Below, piece by piece: positions 24,812 through 35,102 of a DNA stretch of 64,000 bases. This stretch comes from Deinococcus sp. (GTDB lineage Bacteria > Deinococcota > Deinococci > Deinococcales > Deinococcaceae). Each line of letters starts with the position of its first letter. The first letter of the stretch is position 1. The notes under the pieces were generated by a model. The model searched no databases, was not told the origin of the DNA, and was given only the letters and a program-made list of their open reading frames with translations. The DNA lies in NCBI GenBank assembly GCA_965261005.1, contig OZ253375.1:1632001-1696000 (forward strand), written 5' to 3'. The position numbers and the translations under genes are program-made.

Positions 24812-25759
24812 ATGACCCAGACTACTCCGCAGGCGCTCGATCCCGTTTTGAGCGCCCCCACGCCCATCATCTCGATCAAGCCGGTCGTCCTGTCCGCCCC
24901 AGGCCGGGGCGAGGACCTCCAGGTGCGGGTATCCGCGCCCGCCACGGGCGAGGGCCTGCCCGTCATCATCTTTTCACACGGCTTCAGCTTGTCCGCAGAC
25001 GCTTACGCCCCCCTGGTCGACTTCTGGGCCGCCCACGGCTTCGTCGTCATGCAGCCCACCCACCTGGATTCACGCACGCTGGCCCTGCCCCCCGAGGACC
25101 CCCGCACGCCGCAGATCTGGCATTCCCGGATTGACGACCTGCGCCGCGTCCTTGACCACCTCGACCAGCTTGAGATGGCCCTGCCGGGGCTGAGCGGTCG
25201 CCTGGACCCCCGCCGCATCGCGGCGGCAGGACACTCCTGGGGCGGCACGACGGCCAGCGCCCTGCTCGGCGCCCGCGTCCTTGACGCCGACGGCGGGTCA
25301 GGAGCGGACCTCTCCGACTCCAGAATCACCGCCGGTCTGCTGCTGTCCACGCCGGGTGTCGGCGGAGCCGAGTTGCTCCCCTTCGCCGCCGACGCCTTCC
25401 CGTTCATGAGGTACCCGGGCTTCGCGGAGATGACCACGCCGACCCTCGTCGTCGCGGGTGACCATGACCAGTCGCCGCTGTCCACCCGTGGGCCGGACTG
25501 GTTCACCGACCCCTACCGCCTGAGTCCCGGCCCCAAGAGCCTGCTCACGCTGTTCGGGGCAGAACACGGTCTGGGCGGCATCCACGGCTACAACCAGGCC
25601 GACACCACCGACGAGAGTCCCGAGCGGGTCGCGCTGCTCCAGCGGCTCACCTGGGCCTACCTGCGTAGCGCGCTGGGTCCCACAGACAAGAGTTGGACGG
25701 ACGCTCGCGCCGCCCTGGACGAGGGGGCCAATCCGATCGGCCGGATCGAGAGCAAGTAA
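24812..25759 (+). CDS. alpha/beta hydrolase (chlorophyllase-like)
   Basis: FSHG, GHSWGG, VVAGDHD, GAEH catalytic-triad motifs. Confidence 0.85.
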   Translation: MTQTTPQALDPVLSAPTPIISIKPVVLSAPGRGEDLQVRVSAPATGEGLPVIIFSHGFSLSADAYAPLVDFWAAHGFVVMQPTHLDSRTLALPPEDPRTPQIWHSRIDDLRRVLDHLDQLEMALPGLSGRLDPRRIAAAGHSWGGTTASALLGARVLDADGGSGADLSDSRITAGLLLSTPGVGGAELLPFAADAFPFMRYPGFAEMTTPTLVVAGDHDQSPLSTRGPDWFTDPYRLSPGPKSLLTLFGAEHGLGGIHGYNQADTTDESPERVALLQRLTWAYLRSALGPTDKSWTDARAALDEGANPIGRIESK

Positions 25760-25850
25760 TTGCTTGGCGCTGGCTCACCCTATGGATCGGGCGCGGCTGA
25801 CGATCAAGCCGCTCCCCCGCTCACTTACCCAATTTCCTGTGGAGAACACC

Positions 25851-26588
25851 ATGAAAACAGTCCTGATCACCGGAGCCAACAAGAGCATCGGCTTCGAGAC
25901 CGCCCGACAACTGCTGCAACAGGGATACTACGTTTATCTGGGTAGCCGTAATCTGGAAAACGGCCAACAAGCCGTGGATAACTTGAAGGCCGAAGGCCTG
26001 GACCAAGTGGAGGCCGTCCAGATCGATGTGAGCGATTCGGATTCAGTTAACGCCGCCCGCGCAGCACTGGGCAAAAAGCTTGAGAGCCTGGACGTCCTCA
26101 TTAACAACGCTGGCATTAGCGGTGGCAGGCCGCAGGCAGCTCTTGAAGCGAGCATCGAGCAGTACAGAAAGGTATTCGAAACCAATGTCTTCGGCGTCGT
26201 TCGTGTCACCCAGGCGTTTATCGATCTGCTGCGGAAGGCACCTGAACCGCGCATCGTCAATGTCTCTTCCAGTCAGGGTTCGCTCACGCTGGCCGCCGAC
26301 CCCGGCAATATGTATTACCACCATAAGGGCGCGGTCTATCAGCCCTCCAAATCGGCGCTGAACATGTACACCATAGCCCTGGCCTACGAACTGCGCGACA
26401 CGCCCATAAAAGTCAACGCGGTCGATCCCGGCTTCGTCGCCACCGATTTCAACAACCACCGGGGAACCGGAACGGTGCAAGAAGCCGGGGCGCGTATCGC
26501 CAGGTACGCCCTGATCGGCTCGGGCGGCCCCACCGGACAATTCTTCAGCGAGGAGTACAACCCGGAAACCGGCGCTGTGCCTTGGTAA
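25851..26588 (+). CDS. short-chain dehydrogenase/reductase (carbonyl reductase-like)
   Basis: TGANKSIG, NNAG, YQPSK, PGFVATD. Confidence 0.92.
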   Translation: MKTVLITGANKSIGFETARQLLQQGYYVYLGSRNLENGQQAVDNLKAEGLDQVEAVQIDVSDSDSVNAARAALGKKLESLDVLINNAGISGGRPQAALEASIEQYRKVFETNVFGVVRVTQAFIDLLRKAPEPRIVNVSSSQGSLTLAADPGNMYYHHKGAVYQPSKSALNMYTIALAYELRDTPIKVNAVDPGFVATDFNNHRGTGTVQEAGARIARYALIGSGGPTGQFFSEEYNPETGAVPW

Positions 26589-26659
26589 AGCGGCACTCGA
26601 CAAACCCCATCACGAAACTGAATGGAGTCAAACAGCATCAGCAAGGAGCGCGTGACACC

Positions 26660-27634
26660 ATGACCCATAAGCAACATCCCCTTCACACTGGATTTCCCGC
26701 CGCAGCGACAGCTGACGAGGTGCTCGCAGGCATTGATCTGTCCGGCAAGAATGTTATCGTCACCGGCGGCCACGCCGGAATCGGTCTGGAAACCACCCGC
26801 GCGCTCAGCAAAGCGGGGGCCTCTGTGACGGTAGCGGCACGCAACCCCGATCAGGCCGCCCTGGCGCTGGCCGGAATGGAGCGGGCCCAAGTCAGCCAGT
26901 TGGATCTCCTCGATCCTCAGTCCATCGATGCCTTCGTCGCCCGCTGGCTGGATTCGGGCCGTCCGCTCCACATCCTGATCAACGGCGCGGGGGCTTCCGG
27001 TGGGCCAGCTCGGGATGCACGCGGCTATGAGAAGCACTTTGCGACCAACCATCTGGGTCATTTCCAGCTCACCTTGGGTCTGCTGCCCGCCCTGCGCGCC
27101 GCCCACGGTGCCCGCGTGGTGAACGTGTCGTCGGGCGCTCAGCGGTTCGCCGACATCCAGTGGGATGACCCGAATTTCACGGACGGGCGCAACCTCAACT
27201 TGGCCTACGCCCAGTCCAAGACCGCCAATGTGCTGTTTGCCGTCGAACTGGATCGCCGCTGGGCAACGGACGGGATACGTGGCTACGCCGTGCATCCCGG
27301 TGTGGTCGCTGGCACAAAACTGAACAGTTCCGTGGGTGACGAGGCGCTGCGGAACATGGGCCTGATCGACGAGGCTGGTCAGCCGATTATCGATCCTGAA
27401 GTCGGGAAGAAAACGCCCCAGCAGGGAGCCAGCACCATCGTCTTCGCGGCGACCAGTCCGCTCCTTGCCGAGATCGGCGGCGTGTATCTGAGGGACAACG
27501 ACATCTCGCCACTAGATGACGAAGTCAAGCCCGTCACGGCCCAAAACATTCCATCCAACGTCGCGTCACACTCCATCGATCCGCAGTCCGCCCAGCGACT
27601 CTGGCAGCTCAGTGAGCAGCTCCTCAAGGCATAA
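26660..27634 (+). CDS. short-chain dehydrogenase/reductase (retinol dehydrogenase/WWOX-like)
   Basis: TGGHAGIG, ATNHLGHF, YAQSKTAN, VHPG, QGAST. Confidence 0.92.
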   Translation: MTHKQHPLHTGFPAAATADEVLAGIDLSGKNVIVTGGHAGIGLETTRALSKAGASVTVAARNPDQAALALAGMERAQVSQLDLLDPQSIDAFVARWLDSGRPLHILINGAGASGGPARDARGYEKHFATNHLGHFQLTLGLLPALRAAHGARVVNVSSGAQRFADIQWDDPNFTDGRNLNLAYAQSKTANVLFAVELDRRWATDGIRGYAVHPGVVAGTKLNSSVGDEALRNMGLIDEAGQPIIDPEVGKKTPQQGASTIVFAATSPLLAEIGGVYLRDNDISPLDDEVKPVTAQNIPSNVASHSIDPQSAQRLWQLSEQLLKA

Positions 27635-27636
27635 CC

Positions 27637-27692
27637 CTCAGTACCAGACCAGTTATCCCATAGCGCTTGACATACCAAGTTCGGCTACTGAG
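27637..27692. mobile_element. 56-bp miniature element with IS4-like ends
   Basis: CTCAGTACCAGAC ... GTTCGGCTACTGAG resemble the CTCAGTACCCGAC TIR of the IS at 48247. Confidence 0.5.
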
Positions 27693-27793
27693 GCCGCGCA
27701 GACTCCAGCACCACAGCAGCAAGCCGTATCAAAGGACGTTCGCGAGCGACGTCCGGGCCTCAAGCGTCATGGTGCGGCCATGCTAACGGACCT

Positions 27794-28486
27794 TTATGGA
27801 TTCTCCACAAAGCTGGACTTGAGTCCCTCGGGCCGCTCCGGCTTGTTGAGGGCGTCGCCGCCGTGATGGTCGTTGACCGCCCAGGCGTGCAAGTCGGCGC
27901 GTGGGGGTCGCAGGCCGTGAATGGTCAGGTGGCCGTACCCGCCCAGGGGCAGATAGGTGCGTAGGTGCGGCCGGTGCGCTTCGGGGCTGAGGACCGGCAG
28001 CACGCTTTGGTAGAGGCCGCTGTGCCCGACCAGCACGACGGTCTGCCCCTCACGGCCCGAGAGCGCCTCTTCGAGAGCCGCCAAAGCGCGCTCCACCGCC
28101 TCCAGGTAATTCTCGCCGCCGGGGTAGCGCGTCTCCGGCCGGCCCGCGACCCAGGCGGCCACAACCTCGTTGTCCTTTGCCCAGCGCTCCGCCAAAGTGT
28201 AGGGCGCGGCCGGGTCTTCGAGTTCGCCGACGTTGATCTCGCGCAGGCCCTCCAACGTCTGAACGGGCAGGCCGTGCGCGTCCGCGATGGCCCGCGCCGT
28301 CTGCTGAGCGCGCCTGAGTGGGCTGGCGTACACCGCGTCCACCGGCTTACCCCGGAAGAATTCGGCGGTCTGCGCCGCCTGCAAGCGCCCGCGTTCCGTA
28401 AGATCGTAGTCCACCAGCTTGTGGGACATCTCGCGGGTGACGTTGGCGACGTTCTCGCCGTGCCGCACCAGATAAACAACGGTCAT
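27794..28486 (-). CDS. histidine phosphatase (phosphoglycerate mutase family)
   Basis: LVRHGE, SPLRRAQQT, LRE, LVGH. Confidence 0.92.
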   Translation of the reverse strand: MTVVYLVRHGENVANVTREMSHKLVDYDLTERGRLQAAQTAEFFRGKPVDAVYASPLRRAQQTARAIADAHGLPVQTLEGLREINVGELEDPAAPYTLAERWAKDNEVVAAWVAGRPETRYPGGENYLEAVERALAALEEALSGREGQTVVLVGHSGLYQSVLPVLSPEAHRPHLRTYLPLGGYGHLTIHGLRPPRADLHAWAVNDHHGGDALNKPERPEGLKSSFVENP

Positions 28487-28510
28487 GTCGGCCCAGTGTA
28501 GCCCGCCGGG

Positions 28511-30280
28511 CTACTCGCTCGCCCCCGCCCCTTCCGACACGCCGACCTGCACCTTCTTTTGCCTGAGCTTGTCTTGCCAGCGCTGGTACTCGGCGCGCTC
28601 GCCGGCGGGGGTGATGGGGCCGTCCAGGCTGATGTTGTTGGTGCAGGCGCTCGTCCCGTCGGCCTTTTTGGCGCAGTCGGGTAAGAAGGTGTCGGAGCGC
28701 TCGCGCTTGCCGTCGCGCAGGCGCCACAAGGCGATCACGTTGTCGTAGGCGGCGTTGTCGTAAAAGCGCCCGCCCCTGGGATTGCCGTTCCATACGTACA
28801 CGCCCGCCGCGTGGCCCACGCCGACGCTGCGGCCGTCGCCAAGCCGGCCGCTCGACACCACGCGGTTGCCGTAGGCTTTCAGGTCGTGGCCGCCGTAGAT
28901 GGCGAGGCCGTAGTTGGCGGTGCTGACCACCTGGTTGTCGTGGGCGGTCACCCAGGCCGGCTGAAGCGCCTCGTCGCCGCCGGTGCCGAGGTTGTCCCCC
29001 AGCATGATGCCGCCGCCGGTGTAGTCGCGCCCTTGCGGCCTGGCCGGGTAGGCGCCCTGAATGTAGTTGTCGTGAATGTTAATGGGGCTGCCCTGGGTGC
29101 CGCTGGAGACGTAAACGCTGATGTTGTCCTCGACCATGCTTCTGTCGGGCGCGTTGATCACCTGGTTCCAAGCGACCTCGACGTTGGGCACGCCGGTGAC
29201 ATAGTCGAGTTGCAGAAACTGTGCCCAGTCCCAGCCCTGGCCGAGGGCGCCGGACAGCAGGTAGCCGTTCTTGCCGTCGCTGGCGCGGCCGTTGATGTTC
29301 TCGGCCTTGTTGTAGCGCACCCGAATGGTCGGCTGAGCGCCGTCCCGGCTGCCCGTGAAGGTCTTGACGCTGACGCCCCGGGTATTGGTCAGCTCGTTGT
29401 GCTCGACCACCAAGCTGTCCACGCCCTCCGCCAGCAAAAAGCGCCCCGGCGTCTTGCCCCGCACGCCCGGGTTCAGGCCGTAGGCGCGAACCCCACGCAG
29501 CGTCAGCTTCAAATGTCCGGCGTTGCCGAGAATGAGGTGCCCCTTGCCGCGAACGTTGGCATTCTGGATGACCACCGGCTCGGCGGTATTGATGGTCACG
29601 GCGGGAACACCTGGGTCCAGGCTCTGCCAATTGCCGCTGTAGGTGCCGCCGCGGGTGATGGTCAGCGGGCCGTCATAGCGCGCCACGTCCGCCCGGACGA
29701 GCTGCCACCTCCCGGCGCAGCTTTCCCCGTCGGGCGCGAGCCGCACGGCCGCGCCGTCTCGTACCGCCGCGCCGTCTTTGCCCACGCTCCCCGCCTGCAC
29801 GGCCAGCACCGAGCCGGGCGCCGCCTTGCTCTCGAACTTGAAGAGGCCCTCCCCCACCTCGCTGCGCCGCCACAGCTGGCCGTCGCCCCCGTTCCACTCG
29901 CCCTGGACGACGGCGCCCCCGGACCCGGCGGGCGGGCGCACCTCCAGCACCTGGCCGGAGTGCTGCGCGGTCAGCTTCTCGAAGCCGTCCGGCTGTGGGT
30001 CCATCCTCCAGTGCTGGTTGGCGCCGCCGGTGCCCGACCATTGCTGCACCGGGGCGCCAGCTTGTTGGCTGTTCCCCTGCACGTCCAGCACCCCGCCGCC
30101 ACAGGCGCTGAGCAGGGTGTAGAGGTCGGCGGGCGAAAACGTCTGCGCCCCCACGGCCAGAGTTTCCTCGGGCGGGCCGGCCTCGGCGGCGACGGCCGTG
30201 ACCGACGGCGCGCAGGCCGCGAGCAGCGCGCCCATTCCCACAAGCAAAGAGGGCATCAACAGGTGGGCGGGACGGGTCAT
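28511..30280 (-). CDS. lipoprotein: ricin lectin domain + right-handed beta-helix (pectin lyase-like) domain
   Basis: Lipobox LLAAC; ANQHW/GQLW repeats; periodic beta-helix repeats (IHDNYIQG, AHDNQVVS, AYGNRVVS). Confidence 0.75.
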   Translation of the reverse strand: MTRPAHLLMPSLLVGMGALLAACAPSVTAVAAEAGPPEETLAVGAQTFSPADLYTLLSACGGGVLDVQGNSQQAGAPVQQWSGTGGANQHWRMDPQPDGFEKLTAQHSGQVLEVRPPAGSGGAVVQGEWNGGDGQLWRRSEVGEGLFKFESKAAPGSVLAVQAGSVGKDGAAVRDGAAVRLAPDGESCAGRWQLVRADVARYDGPLTITRGGTYSGNWQSLDPGVPAVTINTAEPVVIQNANVRGKGHLILGNAGHLKLTLRGVRAYGLNPGVRGKTPGRFLLAEGVDSLVVEHNELTNTRGVSVKTFTGSRDGAQPTIRVRYNKAENINGRASDGKNGYLLSGALGQGWDWAQFLQLDYVTGVPNVEVAWNQVINAPDRSMVEDNISVYVSSGTQGSPINIHDNYIQGAYPARPQGRDYTGGGIMLGDNLGTGGDEALQPAWVTAHDNQVVSTANYGLAIYGGHDLKAYGNRVVSSGRLGDGRSVGVGHAAGVYVWNGNPRGGRFYDNAAYDNVIALWRLRDGKRERSDTFLPDCAKKADGTSACTNNISLDGPITPAGERAEYQRWQDKLRQKKVQVGVSEGAGASE

Positions 30281-30325
30281 GCGGTCAGTATGCCGGGGAG
30301 AAATGATAGGACGCCACGCCCCCGC

Positions 30326-30655
30326 TCACCCTTGTGAACGGGCTGGGGAAGTCGCGTCAAGCTTCGGGGACGGAGCGCCACCGCTTCGGCGGCCCGCCGT
30401 TTTGAGGCGGGCGAACAGCGCGAACCCAGAAGCGCGACGCTCGGGCGCGGTCACCTCAGGCGGGCGCCAACCGCGCGGCGCGAAGCAAAGCAGGAGTTCG
30501 AGCGCCGCCGTGGAGCCGCCGGCCGCCACACCGGCCGCCCGAAACAGCTCGTCAAAGGTGTTCGGGGACAGTTGGCCCGTTTCGTAGGCGTGTGCCGCCC
30601 GATCTGCCAAAAGTTCGAGAAGGCGCCAGTCCGGCTCAGGTGTGATATTTTTCAT
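30326..30655 (-). CDS. hypothetical protein
   Basis: ATG at 30655 (MKNITPEPDWRLLELL...) after an AT-rich promoter-like tract. Confidence 0.5.
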   Translation of the reverse strand: MKNITPEPDWRLLELLADRAAHAYETGQLSPNTFDELFRAAGVAAGGSTAALELLLCFAPRGWRPPEVTAPERRASGFALFARLKTAGRRSGGAPSPKLDATSPARSQG

Positions 30656-30746
30656 CTCAAGCTCAAGCTTAGTACATAAACCTTTTAATTTGTACACATT
30701 TGACTTGCTGGGGGAGGATCCTGGGGAAAAAGCATCTTCGGAAAGA

Positions 30747-31499
30747 TTACCCCAGCAGCCCGATTTTCCGCAGGTACGCCGCGCTGGTCGCCACATCTTT
30801 GAAGGGATCGTCGCTCCTGTCCTGCTCAACCAGCAGCCAGGCCGGCTGCAACTCGCGGGCCACGTCCAGCACGCCCCCGAGGTCCACCACGCCCTCGCCC
30901 AGCGCCACGGTCGCCGGCTCGGCGCCGCCCAGCGTCAGGTCCTTGATGTGAACGAGCGGCGTGCGCCCGGCGTAGCGGCGCAGGTAGTCGGGGGCAGACA
31001 CGCCGCCCGCCTGCGCCCAGGCCACGTCCAGCTCCAGCTGCACTCGCGGCGCGGCCGAAAGCAGCGCGTCCAGGGCATATTCATTCCCAACCTTCGACTC
31101 GAACTCGAAGGTGTGGTTGTGGTAGGCCAGCGTCAGGCCACGCGCCGCCGCGCGCTCGGCGAGGCGCTCCAAGCTGGCGAACACCGAGCGCCAGCCCGAC
31201 TCGTCCGCCCGGCGGTCAGGGGCGATCCAGGGGCAGACCAAGCAGGAAGCGCCAAGCGCCAAGGCCAAGTCGGCCTGCTGGTCGAAGTCGGTTTCCAGGG
31301 CGTCCAAACTGATGTGCAGCGAGGCCGTCTCCAAGCCCAGTTCGTCGAGCCTCGCCCTCAGCTCGGCGGGACCCAGACCGCCGTAGTTCCCGGCCAGCTC
31401 GACGCCGGCGTAGCCAAGGTCGGCCACCCGGCGCAGGGTGCCCTCAAAGTCGCGCGCCGCCTCTTGGCGCAGGGTGTAGAGTTGCAGCCCAGTTTTCAT
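30747..31499 (-). CDS. sugar phosphate isomerase/epimerase (xylose isomerase-like TIM barrel)
   Basis: GLQLYTLR, YHNH.FE, ELD.AW, HIKD, VEQD. Confidence 0.9.
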   Translation of the reverse strand: MKTGLQLYTLRQEAARDFEGTLRRVADLGYAGVELAGNYGGLGPAELRARLDELGLETASLHISLDALETDFDQQADLALALGASCLVCPWIAPDRRADESGWRSVFASLERLAERAAARGLTLAYHNHTFEFESKVGNEYALDALLSAAPRVQLELDVAWAQAGGVSAPDYLRRYAGRTPLVHIKDLTLGGAEPATVALGEGVVDLGGVLDVARELQPAWLLVEQDRSDDPFKDVATSAAYLRKIGLLG

Positions 31500-32635
31500 C
31501 CCTTCACCTCTTGTTTGACTTCTTCAAAAGTCCCCGCCGGCAAGGGTTCCGGGCGCTCCGGGCGGCTGTGAACCTCCACGGCGCGCCCTTCCCGGGCCGC
31601 CTCCAGCAAGGCGTGCATGCTCTCCAGCACGTGGTAGGCCAGCTCGCCCGAGGCGCGGGGCTGCCCACCTTCCCGAACGGCGCGGGCGAGGTCCGCCAGG
31701 CCCAGCCCCCGGCTGTTCCTGGCGTGCGGACGGCGCAGCGGCACGTCCTGCCAAGCGCCCTCCTTGCCGCGCAGGCGAACCGGGCCGCCGAAGGTGTTGG
31801 GGTCGGGCACGTCCAGCTGGGCCTGCGTGCCGTACAGCTGAATGTCGCTGCGGTCGTGGCGCGGCACGTCGAAGCTGGTGACCAGCGTGGCGAGGGCGCC
31901 AGAGACGAATTCCAGCACGCCCGCCACATGGGTGGGCGTGTTGACGGGAATGGTCTGACCCGCCTTGGGGCCGCTGCCCACCGTCCGCTCGGGAAAGCTG
32001 GCGCGCGCCAAGCCGCTCGCGCGCCGCACCGGCCCCAGCAAGTTCACCAGGGCGGTCAGGTAGTACGGCCCGATGTCGAAGAGCGGCCCGGCCCCCGGCT
32101 GGAAAAAGAAGTGCGGGTCGGGATGCCAGCTTTCCGGCCCGCTGCCCAGCATTTGGGCGCTGGCCGCCACCGGAACGCCCAACTCGCCCGCGTCCAGCAC
32201 GTCGCGGCAGGTCTGAAGGCCGGCGCCCAGAAAGGTGTCCGGGGCGCAGCCGATCAGCAGGCCGCGCTCACGCGCGAGGTCGAGCAGCGCGCGGGCGGGG
32301 GCAAGCTCGGTGCCCAACGGCTTTTCGTTGTAGACGTGTTTGCCGGCCCTGAGGGCGCGCTCGGCAATCTCGGCGTGCACGGCGGGCACGGTCAGGTTGA
32401 GGACCAAGTCCACGTTCTCGGCGTTCAGCAGGTCGTCCACGCCGAGCACCCGGGGCACGCCAAACTCACGGGCGCGGGCCTCGGCGCGCTCCGGCAGCGC
32501 GTCGGCACAGGCGACCACCTCCGCGCCCGGCCAAGTGGCGAGGTTCTTGAGGTAGATGGGGCTGATGGCGCCGAGGCCGATCACGCCGATGCGGACGGGC
32601 GACTGTGTTCGGTCGGTCAGGGCTGGTTCGGTCAA
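31496..32635 (-). CDS. Gfo/Idh/MocA-family oxidoreductase
   Basis: GVIGLGAI, GKHVYNEKP, GPESWHP, DIGPYY. Confidence 0.92.
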   Translation of the reverse strand: MTEPALTDRTQSPVRIGVIGLGAISPIYLKNLATWPGAEVVACADALPERAEARAREFGVPRVLGVDDLLNAENVDLVLNLTVPAVHAEIAERALRAGKHVYNEKPLGTELAPARALLDLARERGLLIGCAPDTFLGAGLQTCRDVLDAGELGVPVAASAQMLGSGPESWHPDPHFFFQPGAGPLFDIGPYYLTALVNLLGPVRRASGLARASFPERTVGSGPKAGQTIPVNTPTHVAGVLEFVSGALATLVTSFDVPRHDRSDIQLYGTQAQLDVPDPNTFGGPVRLRGKEGAWQDVPLRRPHARNSRGLGLADLARAVREGGQPRASGELAYHVLESMHALLEAAREGRAVEVHSRPERPEPLPAGTFEEVKQEVKG

Positions 32636-32653
32636 GGGAAGCTTCCTCCGCGC

Positions 32654-33130
32654 TCAGCCTACAGCGTTTGCCTGCTCAAGCCGCTCGACCAGCAGCGTGG
32701 CGCCCTCCACCCCAACCACCCGCACCGTCTCCCCCGCCGGCGTGTCCGGGCCGCGCGCCCGCCACACGCTGTCGCCGACCCGCACGCGGCCCACCCCGTT
32801 GTGAATGGCCTCGGTCACGGTCAGGCGCCGGCCCAAGTAGCTCAGGCCGCGCTTGCCCAGCAGCTCCCCTTCCGGGTCGGCGCCCACGTTCAGGCGGCCG
32901 ACGTAGCGCCGCCCGGCGTACACGCTCAGCACAGCCAGCAAGGCGAACAACAGCAGCTGCGCGCTGACCGGCAGCGGCACCACGAACACGAAGAGGCCGA
33001 CGACAAAGGCGGCGGCGGCCAGCCACACGAACAGGATGCCCGGCGCGGCCAACTCCAGCAGCAAGAGCAGCGCGCCAAAAATCCACCAGTGCCACGGCGC
33101 GATGCGCGCGAAGGACGGCAGCCAGTCCAC
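32654..33130 (-). CDS. NfeD-like (YbbJ-type) partner of SPFH protein
   Basis: TM N-terminus (LELAAPG), C-terminal OB-fold GRVRVGDSVWRA; GTG start 33130. Confidence 0.88.
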   Translation of the reverse strand: MDWLPSFARIAPWHWWIFGALLLLLELAAPGILFVWLAAAAFVVGLFVFVVPLPVSAQLLLFALLAVLSVYAGRRYVGRLNVGADPEGELLGKRGLSYLGRRLTVTEAIHNGVGRVRVGDSVWRARGPDTPAGETVRVVGVEGATLLVERLEQANAVG

Positions 33131-33131
33131 C

Positions 33132-34061
33132 TTATCCGCCGTCTTTCCCAAACGCCTCGCGCGCGATCTCGGCCACGCCGCCGATGGCGCCGATCAGGTT
33201 GGCGGCTTCCAGGGGCAAGAAGAGCACCTTTTGGTTGGGCGCGCTGGCGATCTCGCGCAGGGCGTCCACGTAGCGCTGGGCCACGAAGTAGTTGATGGCC
33301 TGCACGTTGCCGGCCGCGATGGCGCGCGACACCACCTCAGTCGCTTGGGCCTCCGCTTGGGCGCTTCTTTCGCGCGCCTCGGCCTCCAGAAAGGCGGCCT
33401 GACGCAACCCCTCCGCTTCCAATATGGCCGCCTGCTTTTGGCCCTCGGCGGTCAGGATGGCGGCTTGGCGGCGTCCCTCAGCCTCCAGGATGGCGGCGCG
33501 CTTTTCGCGCTCGGCCTTGAGCTGGCGCGCCATGCTCTGCACCAGGTCGGCCGGCGGCTGGATGTCCTTGATCTCGATTCTGGTGATCTTGAGGCCCCAC
33601 GGCTCGGTCGCCTCGTCCACCACCATCAGGAGGCGCGCGTTGATCTCGTCGCGCCGGGACAGCAACTCGTCGAGGTCCATGCTGCCCATCACGGTGCGCA
33701 CGTTGGTCATGGTGAGGTTGAGGGTCGCCTGCTCCAGGTTGCGCACCTCGTAGCTCGCCTTGGGCGCGTCGAGCACTTGGTAAAACACCACGCCGTCCAC
33801 CTTCACCAGGGCGTTGTCCTTGGTGATGATCTCCTGCGAGGGCACGTCGAGGACCTGCTCCATCATGTTGACGCGCCGCCCCACCCGGTCGATAAAGGGC
33901 ACGATGATGTTGAGGCCCGGCCTCAGCGACTTTTGGTACTTGCCGAAGCGCTCCAAGGTCCACTGATACCCCTGCGGCACGCTCTTGACGGCGCCGAATA
34001 GGGTCACGATCACCAAAACGACCACCACGATCACGAACAGGTTGAATCCGTCAATCACCAT
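33132..34061 (-). CDS. SPFH/band 7 domain protein (QmcA-like)
   Basis: ERFGKY, ITKDN, EPWG, AEREKRA coiled coil. Confidence 0.93.
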   Translation of the reverse strand: MVIDGFNLFVIVVVVLVIVTLFGAVKSVPQGYQWTLERFGKYQKSLRPGLNIIVPFIDRVGRRVNMMEQVLDVPSQEIITKDNALVKVDGVVFYQVLDAPKASYEVRNLEQATLNLTMTNVRTVMGSMDLDELLSRRDEINARLLMVVDEATEPWGLKITRIEIKDIQPPADLVQSMARQLKAEREKRAAILEAEGRRQAAILTAEGQKQAAILEAEGLRQAAFLEAEARERSAQAEAQATEVVSRAIAAGNVQAINYFVAQRYVDALREIASAPNQKVLFLPLEAANLIGAIGGVAEIAREAFGKDGG

Positions 34062-34277
34062 CTGCGCCTCCGAGTCCGCCTTAACTCTAGATACGTGCGG
34101 GACGGGTCAGAAGTTGCCAAAGACAGGGCGGCCAAATTCAACTCTACATAAACATATCTTCACCAAAAACTCAGGCTGAGCGCCATCCGGGTGTCATGCT
34201 ACAGACGACAATACACAAAAGCGACATTTTTCACTCATGGGCTGGGATCTCTTGGCGCGGAAAGGGTGGGAAGGGCA

Positions 34278-34690
34278 ATGAAGAACCGCAGGGGGCCGGT
34301 ATGGGGAGTGGTCGGGTTGCCGCTGGTGTTGCTGGCCTGCGGGCAGACGCCCACCCCGGCAGAACGTGACCCCTACGCCGGTCCCGGTCATCCTTGAACA
34401 GACACCACTCCTGCCGGCCGGCTCATGCCGCTCAGCCTCATGCCCGGCACCAACACCCTTTGCAACAGGACGCGAAAGTTGTGGTGGCGGGCTGCAACCT
34501 GTATGACAACTCCGCGACAGGTCAGGGGAAGAAGACATCGTTGATCTTGCGGCTCCGGCCGGACGGCGGCGCGGACCCTTCCTTTGGCGACGCTGGCGCC
34601 GTCACCGTGCAGGACAACCGCGACGTGAATATCCAGCCAGGCGGCAAGCTTCTGGTGGGCCTCGACCCCGTCGTGCGCCTGTTCCCCTAG
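34278..34690 (+). pseudogene. decayed lipoprotein (NPCBM-lipoprotein-type N-terminus + delta-60-like repeat remnant)
   Basis: Lipobox LLAC, in-frame TGA 34395-34397, continuation TDTTPAGRLMPLSLMPGTNTL, then frameshift to LQQDAKVVVAG...PDGGADPSFG...IQPGGKLLVG. Confidence 0.65.
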
Positions 34691-34841
34691 CGTCAGCACC
34701 CTCTGCAAGAACGTCCCGCTCGGGACGTTCTCTCTTTGTTAAGGGGCGGGCCACCCTGCGCCTCATATATGGGCTAAGGCGGCTCGGTTTAAACTCCGCC
34801 ATGAACGCCGATGACTTAGCCCCAACGTATTAGGCTAAGTC

Positions 34842-35102
34842 ATGACCACACCGGACCCGAAGACGGTTAACATCCACGAGGCCAAGACTCACTTTTCCAA
34901 ATTGGTTGAGGAGGTTTTGTTGGGTCGAGAAATTATCATTGCCAGGGCAGGAACGCCCGTGATGAAGTTTGTCCCGCTCGACACGCCGACCAAAACTCGG
35001 CGTCCCCTCGGACAACACCGGGGAACGACACCGCTTAGTGATGAAGAGGTGGCCGAAAGCTTGAGACCGCTTGATGACGAGGAATTGCGGCATTGGGAAT
35101 GA
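34842..35102 (+). CDS. Phd/YefM-family antitoxin
   Basis: VNIHEAKTHFSKLV...EIIIARAGTPV. Confidence 0.9.
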   Translation: MTTPDPKTVNIHEAKTHFSKLVEEVLLGREIIIARAGTPVMKFVPLDTPTKTRRPLGQHRGTTPLSDEEVAESLRPLDDEELRHWE

